From a virus, in the IMG/VR virus record IMGVR_UViG_3300042691_015660: a stretch of 64,000 nt of DNA. One strand, 5' to 3'. A program made the translations under genes and the position numbers. Positions 38,667 through 49,029 of this stretch are shown piece after piece. The notes beneath the pieces are model-generated. The model saw only the letters and a program-made list of their open reading frames with translations. It was not told where the DNA came from and made no database searches. Each line of letters opens with the position of its first letter. The stretch's first letter is position 1.

Positions 38667-39582
38667 TAATGTCTATGATGTTGTTGTGTATCTTAGTAGT
38701 GTGTTGAACATAGCTAAACATCCAAAAAAATTTAGTTGTTTAAATTCATTTGCCGAAGGAGTCAGACGTACAGGTCATACTGTGCATGTTGAAACTCAAT
38801 ATAGATATACTCCTAGCAGATTAGCAGTAATACTAGGATGGGTTACACAAGATAAAAACACACCTAATATACTTTTGCGTCAACAAATTGTAGATAATCA
38901 AGCCCGTCGCGGAAATCATACTATGTGTATTGATGCCAATTGTTGGAAGTATATTGATACACAAAATCAATTTTTAAGATATAGTATCGGCGGCCCTTTT
39001 TATGATCAAGCAGAATATGCTAATCATAATTCTGGTCCAGAAAAGTGGAATAATATTCAATCTACATTAAATCTTCAAATGAAACCCTGGCGTGCTAAAG
39101 GAAATCACATTTTAGTTTGTATGCAACGAGATGGCGGATTTAGTATGAAAAATCTTGATCCAATACAATGGTTAGCTAACAAATTAGTTGAACTAAGACA
39201 ACATACTACTAGAAGCATTGTAATTAGACCTCATCCAGGAAAGCCTCAAGATTTTAGTAAATTCGTCGATCCTTATAATAATATTTCAGTAATCGATAGT
39301 TCAACTATTCCTTTAGTACAAAGCTTACATAAATCTTGGGCAGCAGTGTTTTTTAATAGTTCAAGTGCTGTAGCAGCAGTATGCGAAGGAATTCCTATTT
39401 TTATCGATGATAAAAGTTGTGTAGCATGGGACGTTGCTAATAAAAGTATAAGCGATATAGAAAAACCGCAGATGTTTGATAGAGATCAGTGGATATGGAA
39501 TTTATCTGCTGCCCATTGGACAGACGAAGAAGGATCTGCTGGTGATATCTACAAAAAATTTATACCTTACCTTGGTATTTAA
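38656..39582 (+). CDS. KpsS/KpsC (Capsule_synth)-like GT-B protein
   Basis: ILVCMQ..., IRPHP, NSSSAVAAVCEGIP. Confidence 0.65.
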   Translation: MKHDNVYDVVVYLSSVLNIAKHPKKFSCLNSFAEGVRRTGHTVHVETQYRYTPSRLAVILGWVTQDKNTPNILLRQQIVDNQARRGNHTMCIDANCWKYIDTQNQFLRYSIGGPFYDQAEYANHNSGPEKWNNIQSTLNLQMKPWRAKGNHILVCMQRDGGFSMKNLDPIQWLANKLVELRQHTTRSIVIRPHPGKPQDFSKFVDPYNNISVIDSSTIPLVQSLHKSWAAVFFNSSSAVAAVCEGIPIFIDDKSCVAWDVANKSISDIEKPQMFDRDQWIWNLSAAHWTDEEGSAGDIYKKFIPYLGI

Positions 39583-40216
39583 GCACCCAGTCTTTATTAA
39601 AAGTTTCTACGACCTTATAATCCCAAGATTCTAAAATCTTTACAGATGGTAAATCAGCCATAGCATCTTTATACTCATGTTTTTGTTGTTCTATAACTAA
39701 AACTGGTTTGTTTCTCTTAATTGTTTGTTCGGCACCATGAAGTATATCTTCTTCGAGGCCCTCTACATCAATTTTTATAAAATCTATATCATTAAAATTG
39801 AAACTGTCTAAAGTTTTTAATGGAATCGTACCTTTTCCGTAACTGTTTTTGTCTACATGTGTATGTCCGGTATTTCCGTGAACAACATTCATGTTTATAT
39901 AAGATTCTTCTTTGCCTAAGGCTGTTTGGTACATAAAATAATTTGATTTTTTTACATTTTTACGAAAACATTCTATAAATTCACTCACCGGCTCAAATGC
40001 GATGACTTTTTCAAAAGAATTTACTAAATCGCAACTCCATAATCCTACATTGGCGCCAATATCCAAACAAACTCTTTTCTTTTCGCACAACGAGATAGCA
40101 GCATCTCGTGCCTTCCACTGATATCTTAAAATTCCTTCTTTTTTTAAACTTTTTTCCAGCAATCTTGGAAAATGATCATCGTAATCTGGAAACCAGAAGC
40201 CATGTGATTCTTTCAT
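39560..40216 (-). CDS. FkbM-family SAM methyltransferase
   Basis: LDIGANVG, AFEP, IKIDVEG.E. Confidence 0.9.
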   Translation of the reverse strand: MKESHGFWFPDYDDHFPRLLEKSLKKEGILRYQWKARDAAISLCEKKRVCLDIGANVGLWSCDLVNSFEKVIAFEPVSEFIECFRKNVKKSNYFMYQTALGKEESYINMNVVHGNTGHTHVDKNSYGKGTIPLKTLDSFNFNDIDFIKIDVEGLEEDILHGAEQTIKRNKPVLVIEQQKHEYKDAMADLPSVKILESWDYKVVETFNKDWVLKYQGKV

Positions 40217-40830
40217 ATTAATTTAATCTCCACTGTACTTCTCTTTTTACCCCGAGGTATGATATTATTAACAACTTCGAATCCGTCAACACCTATAAAA
40301 TGGCCTATAACACCTTTAGACCTCAAATCTAACACTATTCTTGTGTTTTCATGACTGTGTTTTAACATCAAATCACGATACACCTTAACAGGGTAGTGAT
40401 GACCACAACTTAACCAAGATGTAATTAAATCAAATTTAATATTTTCTGGTATTTGTATATTGTTACAATCGATTAAGTGATAATTTTCAGTACCAAATTC
40501 TTTTAACTTTTGATCTAAGTAATCTAATCCATGATAAAACAACAAATTAGCCGAATCTACGTTCCATTTACCATAACTTGCTGTTCCTGGCTTTTGGAGA
40601 TTAGCAGTATTATCGCCGTCGATTAGATATAGCTCACAATTATATTTTTGTTGAAAAAATCTTGACTCCCAGGCGAATCCGCACCCTATATCTAAAATAT
40701 TTTTTATCGGCTGATTTAGATATTGATCAACTAATTCAAAATTTCTTTGTCTTTTTGCGATGTAACTGGGCGAAGTCCATTTTCTCGTCCAGGCTTGACT
40801 ATCATTCCCATCTATTCTGTGTTCGTTCAT
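40213..40830 (-). CDS. Class I SAM methyltransferase
   Basis: ILDIGCG, FDLITSWLSCGHHYP; start set at ATG 40830 (ATGA overlap with upstream stop). Confidence 0.8.
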   Translation of the reverse strand: MNEHRIDGNDSQAWTRKWTSPSYIAKRQRNFELVDQYLNQPIKNILDIGCGFAWESRFFQQKYNCELYLIDGDNTANLQKPGTASYGKWNVDSANLLFYHGLDYLDQKLKEFGTENYHLIDCNNIQIPENIKFDLITSWLSCGHHYPVKVYRDLMLKHSHENTRIVLDLRSKGVIGHFIGVDGFEVVNNIIPRGKKRSTVEIKLI

Positions 40831-41633
40831 TTCCAATATCCTTCGTGTCTGTCAACTACTAAGTCTGTCGCGAGACTTTTACCATATTCTTTGCGTTTTC
40901 CTTTCAAATGATCAAGATATGCTCCCCAGGCACTGTTAATTAGTGGGTGCCCTTCGCCTGTTATAAGATCTTTTGACCAATCTACCTCTGTTAAAGGTTG
41001 TAATTTTCTAACCGCATCGAATACAAAACTATCATGCCACTCATCTAACTGAAAAATTCCATTTTCTGCGTCGTCATAGTACTGTTGAAATTGATTTAGG
41101 AAGTTTCTAGTGTGTTGGCTAGTCAAGTTCATTGAGTATAAACCACATTCACTAAATTTGCCACCTCGACCAAGAAAACATAAGTCGGAATTATTAGGAA
41201 TTAATGAATCTAGCACAATTTCGGTCACTGGACTATGACAAATCATATCAGCATCCATCCAAATTAAAATATCTGCTTCGCAATTCGTAGCGCAATGAAA
41301 AATACTATAAACTTTGTGACTAAATCTCACAGCATCCCATTTGAATCCTTTACCGGCATCGCGTCTTTTACTTCTCACAGGGTCTTGACTGACATCCCCG
41401 TTGGCTTTAGGAACATTTTTCCACTTATTTTTAAAATTTACTAGTGATTGACTTGAAGCATGTAAATCTCTTACAATAAGATTAGGAGCAGATTCGGAAA
41501 TTTCGCAATCTTCAGCATATACATAAAGATTTATGCTCGCAGGCCAGGAACGAAGATACGTTTTTATAAATTTTTGAGCATATTGCTCGTATCCTTTGGC
41601 ATGAAAAGTTGTTACAACTGCATATTTAGGCAT
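40827..41633 (-). CDS. GT-A nucleotide-diphospho-sugar transferase
   Basis: VVTTF, RFSHKVY, WMDAD (DxD), ECG, EWHDS, HLKG; GAGGA SD. Confidence 0.75.
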   Translation of the reverse strand: MPKYAVVTTFHAKGYEQYAQKFIKTYLRSWPASINLYVYAEDCEISESAPNLIVRDLHASSQSLVNFKNKWKNVPKANGDVSQDPVRSKRRDAGKGFKWDAVRFSHKVYSIFHCATNCEADILIWMDADMICHSPVTEIVLDSLIPNNSDLCFLGRGGKFSECGLYSMNLTSQHTRNFLNQFQQYYDDAENGIFQLDEWHDSFVFDAVRKLQPLTEVDWSKDLITGEGHPLINSAWGAYLDHLKGKRKEYGKSLATDLVVDRHEGYWK

Positions 41634-41671
41634 GTGATCCTCGTTAAATACATATATTACTTATCTTACAA

Positions 41672-42520
41672 ATGAAACTATCAATTTTTCCTCGCTTCGG
41701 CGCTCAAAATTCGAAATCAGTATTTGCTGCCTTCGAGCAAGGTGCTAAAAAACTTGGTCATGAAGTGGTCGAACATGATATAACTGCTGATGTTATGGTT
41801 ATATGGAGTGTGCTTTGGCACGGCAGGATGGCAGCAAATAAACAAATATGGGACCAGGCAAAAAAATTAGGCAAGTCGATAATTGTTCTCGAAGTAGGGT
41901 GTCTTAATCGAGGTACAACATGGAAAGTTGGCTTACATCATGTTAATAACAACGGATACTTTGGCCCATCGAATTCTATTATATCCGACAGGTCAAGAAA
42001 ATTAGGTGTACATTTAAAATCCTGGACTATGAAAGGTACTAACATTTTAATTTGCGCTCAGCACACTAAAAGTGAACAGTGGTCGTTAATGCCTTCCCCT
42101 ATAGACTGGTTAAAAACTACCATCGACACCATCAAACACCATACAGACAAGCCCATTGTTCTCAGACCACATCCTAGGGATTGGCAATGGGCAGCAAATT
42201 TTTCCTATAAAGATGTAATTGTTAAGATGCCTAAACAGCTACAAGGAACATACGACGATTTTGATTTCGACGCCGACCTAAAAAACGCTTGGGCTGTGGT
42301 AAATCCTAGCTCTAATACCGGAATTTTAAGTATAATCGATGGTGTACCTGCTTTTGTAACTCATGCTAGTCTAGCTGCTTCCGTAGGCAATCTAGATTTT
42401 TCTTATATAGATTCGCCCCAAAGACCAAGACGAGAAGAATGGCTGGAATGGTTGTGTCATACCGAATGGACTGTAGAGGAAATAGCTTCTGGTGTACCTT
42501 TAAAAAGACTTTTTCGATAG
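41672..42520 (+). CDS. KpsS/Capsule_synth-like GT-B protein
   Basis: ILICAQ, LRPHP, SSNTGILSIIDGVP; paralog of 38656..39582. Confidence 0.65.
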   Translation: MKLSIFPRFGAQNSKSVFAAFEQGAKKLGHEVVEHDITADVMVIWSVLWHGRMAANKQIWDQAKKLGKSIIVLEVGCLNRGTTWKVGLHHVNNNGYFGPSNSIISDRSRKLGVHLKSWTMKGTNILICAQHTKSEQWSLMPSPIDWLKTTIDTIKHHTDKPIVLRPHPRDWQWAANFSYKDVIVKMPKQLQGTYDDFDFDADLKNAWAVVNPSSNTGILSIIDGVPAFVTHASLAASVGNLDFSYIDSPQRPRREEWLEWLCHTEWTVEEIASGVPLKRLFR

Positions 42521-42523
42521 AAG

Positions 42524-42553
42524 TTGACAAACAACTATTAATTGTTTTATAAT
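42524..42553 (+). promoter_or_regulatory. Sigma70 promoter TTGACA-N18-TATAAT
   Basis: Both hexamers are consensus; ATG follows 6 nt after the -10. Confidence 0.75.
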
Positions 42554-42559
42554 AACTAA

Positions 42560-43735
42560 ATGAAAACAGTAGATTCTTTTTTACAAGATATCATAAAAAA
42601 TAATTTTTATCAACCAGACATTTTATGGGAAAATAAAGATAAAAAAATATTGGAAAGTTTGGGTCATCAATTAAAAAATGGAGTATTTTTAACTGAGAAC
42701 CAAGGAAATCTTTTACTTAAAATTTTAACTGACTACAGGGATAAGTTAGAAAAATCTACAACCTCAAGTTTGTTATTTCTTGAATCACCATTATGGTCAA
42801 AAGAATTTAGGCTTCTCGATATTGTCAAAACAATTTTCTTAAAAAAATCTGATTTTTCTGAAATTTTTATAGAATTTAGTTATAATAAAAAAATTAAAGA
42901 GAAGTTATTCAGCCTAACAAAGAGTGTGTATGGAAGTATTGTTCATCATAAAAATAATCTTTATTCCGTACCATTAACTGAAAATAATATTTGCTTGTTA
43001 GTAGATACCTTCAAAGAATACGGATTTAAATTCGATGAAAAACTTATAAATTTTTATAAAGAAATCGAAGAAATTAAAAGTAAGTCAGCAGTTACTTTTG
43101 ATATTACAAAAACAACTAATGTTAGATTACTAGAACAATTACAAGAAGAAATAGGATCAAACAATATATCTTCTACTATATTTTTACATGACAGAAAATT
43201 GAAATTTCAATACGCTTATACTCAGGTTTTAGAAGAAAATTCTTTAAAAGGATTGATTGCGAAAAGATCGGACGTTGATGTTTATATTAATTCCAATTCC
43301 TATTCTTTTAAAGATGTATTATCGGCTATAGTTGATTTACAAAGATTTCCTTTATTGATAATCTTTGATTATTATCGTCCTGACTTTTGCAAAAAACTAT
43401 TAGATCAAATCCGTCAAACATTTGTTGATTTAGATATTAAAGAAAAAGTAGGAATTTATTTTCGATTAGATAATAATCTGAATCAAGATTTCAATACAAG
43501 AATAGCAGATCTTGGTTACAACACCTATCTTGATTCAGATACACAGCTAGTAGGTCTTTCCAATAAACAATTGCCAAAATTTCTTGTTAAAGAAGGTTGG
43601 AAACCTAAAGCAGTTTTATGTTTTTCCCCAAGCTTCAAAAATACTAAAATTAATTCGTATTGTGACTCAGTAGATTTAAAAATTTGTTATTCAGAAAACA
43701 AACCTGTATCAGGATTTGATTATGCCATTATGTAA
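42560..43735 (+). CDS. Hypothetical protein upstream of uvsW
   Basis: 391-aa AT-rich ORF; no recognisable motif. Confidence 0.65.
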   Translation: MKTVDSFLQDIIKNNFYQPDILWENKDKKILESLGHQLKNGVFLTENQGNLLLKILTDYRDKLEKSTTSSLLFLESPLWSKEFRLLDIVKTIFLKKSDFSEIFIEFSYNKKIKEKLFSLTKSVYGSIVHHKNNLYSVPLTENNICLLVDTFKEYGFKFDEKLINFYKEIEEIKSKSAVTFDITKTTNVRLLEQLQEEIGSNNISSTIFLHDRKLKFQYAYTQVLEENSLKGLIAKRSDVDVYINSNSYSFKDVLSAIVDLQRFPLLIIFDYYRPDFCKKLLDQIRQTFVDLDIKEKVGIYFRLDNNLNQDFNTRIADLGYNTYLDSDTQLVGLSNKQLPKFLVKEGWKPKAVLCFSPSFKNTKINSYCDSVDLKICYSENKPVSGFDYAIM

Positions 43736-45188
43736 ATTAATTATAAAAGACGAAGTGAATATCAAATTAGAAGGATTACCTGTTGATATTAGACGAAAAT
43801 TAGTTAATAAATTCAAGTACATAGATCCTACCGCACGATATAGGCCTGCGTATCAACTAGGAAGATGGGACGGATCTGTGACTCTATTTGGCATGGGCGG
43901 TAATGGGTATATTAATCAATTACCTACTATTTTGTCTGTATTAGAAGACTCAAATTACGAAATAGAAGAAATACAAGATTTAAGAACTCCTTTAAAATTA
44001 AATTTTACCAAAGTAACAAATACATACTGGGCAGATCAAGGTAAAGTATGGGGATCAGGTCATAGATTCGAGGGCGAGTCTATAATGCTACGTGACGATC
44101 AAGTAGAAGTTGTTAATAGATTTATCGAAAATCCCCAAAGTCTACAGGAAGTAGCGACTGGAGCAGGTAAAACTATTATGACAGCAACCTTAGCTCAATT
44201 GTGTGAACCTTATGGTCGAACTATGATAATAGTTCCTAATAAAAGTTTAGTAGAACAGACAGAAGAGGATTTTCAACTTGTAGGGTTAGATGTTGGAGTA
44301 TATTATGGCGATAGAAAAGAACTAAACAAAACTCACACTATATGTACATGGCAAAGTTTGAATATATTAGATAAAAAAAGTAAAAATAATGAACACGAAA
44401 TAGTAACACTAGCTGAGTTTTTAGACGGTGTTCAATGTGTTATGATAGATGAAGTTCATATGGCCAAAGCCACAGTATTAAAAAACTTATTGACACAAAA
44501 TTTTTGTAATGCTGCTATACGCTGGGGATTAACAGGAACTGTTCCTAAAGAAGACTACGAATCGGAAATTATTTTTGCTAGTATAGGTCCTGTGGTAGGA
44601 GGTATTACAGCTCACGAACTACAAGAATTAGGAGTATTAAGTAATCTACATGTTAATGTTCTTCAATTATTTGATTTACCTGAATTTAAATCATATACCG
44701 AGGAATTAAAATATCTAGTTACAAATAAAGAAAGGATGAAATATATTTCATCAACAATTAAGAAAATTTCCGAAACTGGTAACACCTTAGTTTTAGTGAA
44801 CAGAATAGACACAGGAAATTTTTTAATAGAAAATTTAGAAGAAGCAGTTTTTATTTCTGGAGAGGTAAAAACAAAAGATAGAAAGGAAGAATATAAAGAA
44901 CATGCTACTAGTGATAAAAAGATTACTGTGGCGACTTACGGTGTGGCCGCTGTTGGCATTAATATTCCTAGGATTTTTAATCTGGTCCTTCTGGAGCCCG
45001 GAAAAAGCTTTGTCCGCGTTATACAAAGCATTGGGCGAGGCATTCGAAAAGCAGAAGACAAAGATTTCGTACAAATCTGGGATATTACGAGCACCTGTAA
45101 GTACGCAAAGAAACACCTTACGGAACGAAAAAAGTTTTACAAAGAAGCTAAGTATCCGTTCACGCTTGAGAAAATAGAATGGAATTAA
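43722..45188 (+). CDS. uvsW: SF2 DNA helicase UvsW-like
   Basis: WDG, LRDDQ, ATGAGKT, DEVH, GLTGT, QSIGRGIR; start moved to ATG 43722. Confidence 0.92.
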   Translation: MPLCKLIIKDEVNIKLEGLPVDIRRKLVNKFKYIDPTARYRPAYQLGRWDGSVTLFGMGGNGYINQLPTILSVLEDSNYEIEEIQDLRTPLKLNFTKVTNTYWADQGKVWGSGHRFEGESIMLRDDQVEVVNRFIENPQSLQEVATGAGKTIMTATLAQLCEPYGRTMIIVPNKSLVEQTEEDFQLVGLDVGVYYGDRKELNKTHTICTWQSLNILDKKSKNNEHEIVTLAEFLDGVQCVMIDEVHMAKATVLKNLLTQNFCNAAIRWGLTGTVPKEDYESEIIFASIGPVVGGITAHELQELGVLSNLHVNVLQLFDLPEFKSYTEELKYLVTNKERMKYISSTIKKISETGNTLVLVNRIDTGNFLIENLEEAVFISGEVKTKDRKEEYKEHATSDKKITVATYGVAAVGINIPRIFNLVLLEPGKSFVRVIQSIGRGIRKAEDKDFVQIWDITSTCKYAKKHLTERKKFYKEAKYPFTLEKIEWN

Positions 45189-45189
45189 A

Positions 45190-45696
45190 ATGCAAATATT
45201 AACATTAGACAACAAATCCTTTGATTTAAATAATTTACCAGACGATGTAGACGAGAATATGAGATTTAGCGTATTAGATAACAGTGATGCTGTCAATCCA
45301 GACTTTTTCTTTGTTCCGTTAATATTTTTAGAAAGTTTTAATGCTCCTGCTATGGTATTAAAAATTGGCAACGACGAAGTTACAATGCCTATTGATTGGA
45401 GCATCGCAGTGGGCGATAGTAGCAGTAGTAGTGAAATAGAAATTCTGCCTTTGACTAGCTTAAACGATAGAGGCTTCGAAGCATTCTGCTTTAATCCGCT
45501 AAGTAGTTTTAGAATAGAATTTAAGCCAATAGAGATAGTTAATTTCTATAACGATGTAAAGTGGTATTTTCCTAAAATGAAAAATGGACAATTATTAACC
45601 GTGCCTCTTAATAATAAAGAAAAACCCTTATGTTCTTACTTTGTCAAAGAAATAAGTAGACAAAGTGAAATTGTACTCTTATCTAAAATATTATGA
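45190..45696 (+). CDS. Hypothetical protein
   Basis: 168-aa ORF coupled to uvsW. Confidence 0.65.
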   Translation: MQILTLDNKSFDLNNLPDDVDENMRFSVLDNSDAVNPDFFFVPLIFLESFNAPAMVLKIGNDEVTMPIDWSIAVGDSSSSSEIEILPLTSLNDRGFEAFCFNPLSSFRIEFKPIEIVNFYNDVKWYFPKMKNGQLLTVPLNNKEKPLCSYFVKEISRQSEIVLLSKIL

Positions 45697-46460
45697 ATAA
45701 AAAAATAGCGATAGTAACAACATTCAGCGACGCCGGTTACGAGGATTACGGTAAACTTTTTTTAGAATCTTGTAACAGATATTTAAATCCATTAATAGAA
45801 GTTATTGTTTATAAAGATAATGTAGACATACCAGCGCAAAAAAATACTAGAATTTTAAATTTAGAATCTAGTATTCCTGATCTGACAGAATTTAAAAAAA
45901 GAAATAGTTTTAGAGATGAAACAAATATTAAGTTTCAATATCAGTCAGTAAGATTTAGTCATAAAGTATATGCTTTGTATCATGCTGCTACTACCACAGA
46001 CGCTAGATATTTAATTTGGTTAGATAGTGACACCGAACTTTATGATTCAGTAAGTCCAGAATATTTTAGAAAATTCTTGCCAGAAGGAATGTTTGTAGGA
46101 TATCTAGGTCGAGGAGGCGAAGCTTTTAGCGAATGTGGATTTATGATATATGACTTACACCATCCATATACTAGAGATTTCTTTGATAAATTTAAATGGT
46201 ATTATGACACCGATGAGTTATATAAGTTACGGGAATGGCATGATAGTTTTATTTTTGATGTAGTCAGAAAAGAATTTGAAAGTACTGGAAAAATTGTAAC
46301 TGTAAATTTAAGTTCTCATGTAAATAAACATCACTTTAATGCTGTGTTAGATGGATACATTATGCACTTAAAGGGCGATAGAAAACATAAAAGAGCCAAA
46401 ATGATGGAAAAAGCTATGAGAAGGAAGGGAGAACTAGCAAAAGTTAAACCTTCCTGGTAA
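45693..46460 (+). CDS. GT-A sugar transferase, paralog of 40827..41633
   Basis: IVTTF, RFSHKVY, WLDSD, SECG, EWHDS, HLKG. Confidence 0.75.
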   Translation: MNKKIAIVTTFSDAGYEDYGKLFLESCNRYLNPLIEVIVYKDNVDIPAQKNTRILNLESSIPDLTEFKKRNSFRDETNIKFQYQSVRFSHKVYALYHAATTTDARYLIWLDSDTELYDSVSPEYFRKFLPEGMFVGYLGRGGEAFSECGFMIYDLHHPYTRDFFDKFKWYYDTDELYKLREWHDSFIFDVVRKEFESTGKIVTVNLSSHVNKHHFNAVLDGYIMHLKGDRKHKRAKMMEKAMRRKGELAKVKPSW

Positions 46461-47243
46461 CTACATTTGATATTCTTCAACCATTTCTACTATACTAGTG
46501 CCATTATTAAACTCTTCAGGAAGAAATTGACTCCATGCTACGTGTTCAAGCCATTTGGATCTGTCAGGCAATTCTATGTTATTAATCTTGTTCAAGTCCG
46601 TGCCCATTAGTAGGCTTGATATAGTGTAATCGATAGTATAGGCAGGATATCCTAACATAATAGCTTCGCAACAAGCCATAGTTCTTTCTCCTATTACTGC
46701 GTGACATCCCGCTAGATCATCTTGAAATGTTTGCCATCTACTAGGATTTTTACCACCAGGTTTTCTTCGCCATTTTATTGGACCATCCCAAATATTTTTA
46801 ATCTTTTGAGTAAACTCTGGTTGCCAATTACAAAATTCTATACCTGTTCTTTCTGTAAATGTACCTGGGTGCGGTTCTATTAACAAGATATATTCGCCTC
46901 TTTGTTTTTTCCATTCTTGTATAGATGGGCTTAACGTATACAGTCTTGAATAAGGCGGTGTTCTAAATTTTATATTATGACTACCGTTATAAGTGACACG
47001 TCTAGTGTTTCTCCGAGGTAAATTATGTCCCCAGTAACCGTAATCTATTTCTATATAATTTAGCCCTCGTTCCACCCACTGTTTCACAGGTGATCGAAAA
47101 CTAGGCCAGACTGATAATAGTATATAATCTTCAGGAACTTCTTTGATAGTGTTGAATTTGCGGGCTCCTATTTTTTCCCAAGGAACCACTAACCACTCAA
47201 ACCCTCTTTCTAACGTTTCTAAACAAATGGCATATTTTTTCAT
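46461..47243 (-). CDS. Divergent KpsS/Capsule_synth-like protein
   Basis: IDYGYWG, RVTYN, ACCEAIMLGYP and W..HVAWSQF shared with the C-terminal domain of 37041..38666. Confidence 0.6.
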   Translation of the reverse strand: MKKYAICLETLERGFEWLVVPWEKIGARKFNTIKEVPEDYILLSVWPSFRSPVKQWVERGLNYIEIDYGYWGHNLPRRNTRRVTYNGSHNIKFRTPPYSRLYTLSPSIQEWKKQRGEYILLIEPHPGTFTERTGIEFCNWQPEFTQKIKNIWDGPIKWRRKPGGKNPSRWQTFQDDLAGCHAVIGERTMACCEAIMLGYPAYTIDYTISSLLMGTDLNKINNIELPDRSKWLEHVAWSQFLPEEFNNGTSIVEMVEEYQM

Positions 47244-47288
47244 AATATAATGTACGTATAAATATTTATTTTAAAATAAGGGTATATT

Positions 47289-47636
47289 ATGAAAGCAGGC
47301 AAAGTTTGGGGTCAAACAGAACTATTAGAAGCCAACGGTGTCATGGAGTTTCACAGAATTGACATTAAAAAAGGCGGCGTATGTAGTCAGCATAAGCATC
47401 AATTTAAATGGAACGGATTCTATGTAATCACAGGTAAACTAATTATCCGTGTTTGGAAAAATGATTATGAACTAACTGACGAAACTATACTAGGTCCTGG
47501 AGACTACACTAAAGTTGCTCCTACTGAATATCATCAGTTTGAAGCACTTGACGATACAATTGCTCTTGAACTGTATTGGGCAGAATTTGATCACAGCGAC
47601 ATTCAACGCCGTGATGCAGGGTTTGTAAAGAAATGA
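47289..47636 (+). CDS. Cupin (sugar isomerase-like)
   Basis: KVWG, CS.HKH..K...FYV..G, YHQFEA. Confidence 0.8.
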   Translation: MKAGKVWGQTELLEANGVMEFHRIDIKKGGVCSQHKHQFKWNGFYVITGKLIIRVWKNDYELTDETILGPGDYTKVAPTEYHQFEALDDTIALELYWAEFDHSDIQRRDAGFVKK

Positions 47637-48316
47637 AAAAAATTGGAAAGTGGTTTGTTCCAGATGAAGAAAACTTTTCTGAGACAATTTCTGCAGTAAA
47701 AAGCGAAAACTGGTCTTGTAAACGACCCCTTGAAATATCTTTCAAATACGTTAAAAGATTTCATAAAGCTATAGATGTAGGAACATGGATTGGCGACAGT
47801 ACTAAAATTATTCAACAAAGATTTTATAAAACTATTGGGTTTGAGGCAAATAACGAGGTATTCAATTGTTGTAAGAGAAATTTAATAAATTTTAAAAACA
47901 TCACTTTAAATGAAATTGCGTTGAGTAATAATAATAAAGATAAAATATTTTTCAACGGAGTATCTACATTTTCAGGATGGGTTAATACATTAAGTGAAGA
48001 AAAAGTTAACGAATGGGGATTATACCATGTAGTTAAAAACAAAGGAAAAGTTAAATGCAGATCTTTAGACAGTTTTAATTTTAGAGGAGTTGATCTTCTA
48101 AAATTAGATGCAGACAGCCACGAAGGATACATTATCCAAGGAGGTCGAAAATTTTTTCAAAGAAATAATCCTGTGATATTATTGGAATATAAGCCAAAGG
48201 TGTTGAGACGTCAGAACGAAATTATGCCCGATCCGATGGAGCAGTTAGAAAAAATTGGTTACACAATAATTGAAAAAGTAGGATCTATTGATTATATATT
48301 AACAAGAAATTTATGA
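47633..48316 (+). CDS. FkbM-family methyltransferase
   Basis: AIDVGTWIG, GFEA, LDSF, LKLDADSHE. Confidence 0.8.
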   Translation: MKKIGKWFVPDEENFSETISAVKSENWSCKRPLEISFKYVKRFHKAIDVGTWIGDSTKIIQQRFYKTIGFEANNEVFNCCKRNLINFKNITLNEIALSNNNKDKIFFNGVSTFSGWVNTLSEEKVNEWGLYHVVKNKGKVKCRSLDSFNFRGVDLLKLDADSHEGYIIQGGRKFFQRNNPVILLEYKPKVLRRQNEIMPDPMEQLEKIGYTIIEKVGSIDYILTRNL

Positions 48317-49029
48317 AAGTATTATTTACATTTAACAGAAATGACACTACATCATTAATCTGTTTACAAAATTGGTTAGAAATTTTTAAAGACTACGACA
48401 TAACCATCGTATGTGATCTATACAATGTATCAAAAGATCCTACACCTGCTTATCTAGCAAATATGCCTTTTAATTTTACAGTTATTAATACTAATTACAA
48501 ATTAGGGGAAATCTTACCTTTTAAAGCTAGAAAAAGAATGCAGGCTAGTGCTAAATTAACCTGTTTCGAACAAGCCAAACCTTACAGTCATTTTTGGATG
48601 GTAGACGCAGATGACACAATGTTTTTAACTAGAGATTATTCACAAGTTAAAGAAAAAATTAAACGTGTTGAGAAACTAAGTTTAGAAAAAGATTTTGATG
48701 GACTTAGTTTAGATTTTTATAGAGAAACTAATCACGATCATTGGAGTTTTGGATTAAGTTTTTTAAAAAGTAATATAAATTTTGATTTATTTAAACAAGT
48801 AACTCCGGAAGATACAGACGTTACTCCAGGATTAACTAAAAATTTAGATAGCTGGTTTGACATATTAAGAAGAAGAAAAATTCTAAAATTAGAAAGTTAT
48901 GTTTTTGACAATATACCATTTCAACATAATGTAAATCCTATGTCTGCTCCTATGCATGGTATATACTTATGGAATAATCGTATTCTGAATGGAGTTGGAC
49001 CTTTAAAATCAGATGTAATTAGTATATGA
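48313..49029 (+). CDS. Putative GT-A glycosyltransferase
   Basis: FWMVDADD DxD motif; sugar-gene context. Confidence 0.5.
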   Translation: MKVLFTFNRNDTTSLICLQNWLEIFKDYDITIVCDLYNVSKDPTPAYLANMPFNFTVINTNYKLGEILPFKARKRMQASAKLTCFEQAKPYSHFWMVDADDTMFLTRDYSQVKEKIKRVEKLSLEKDFDGLSLDFYRETNHDHWSFGLSFLKSNINFDLFKQVTPEDTDVTPGLTKNLDSWFDILRRRKILKLESYVFDNIPFQHNVNPMSAPMHGIYLWNNRILNGVGPLKSDVISI

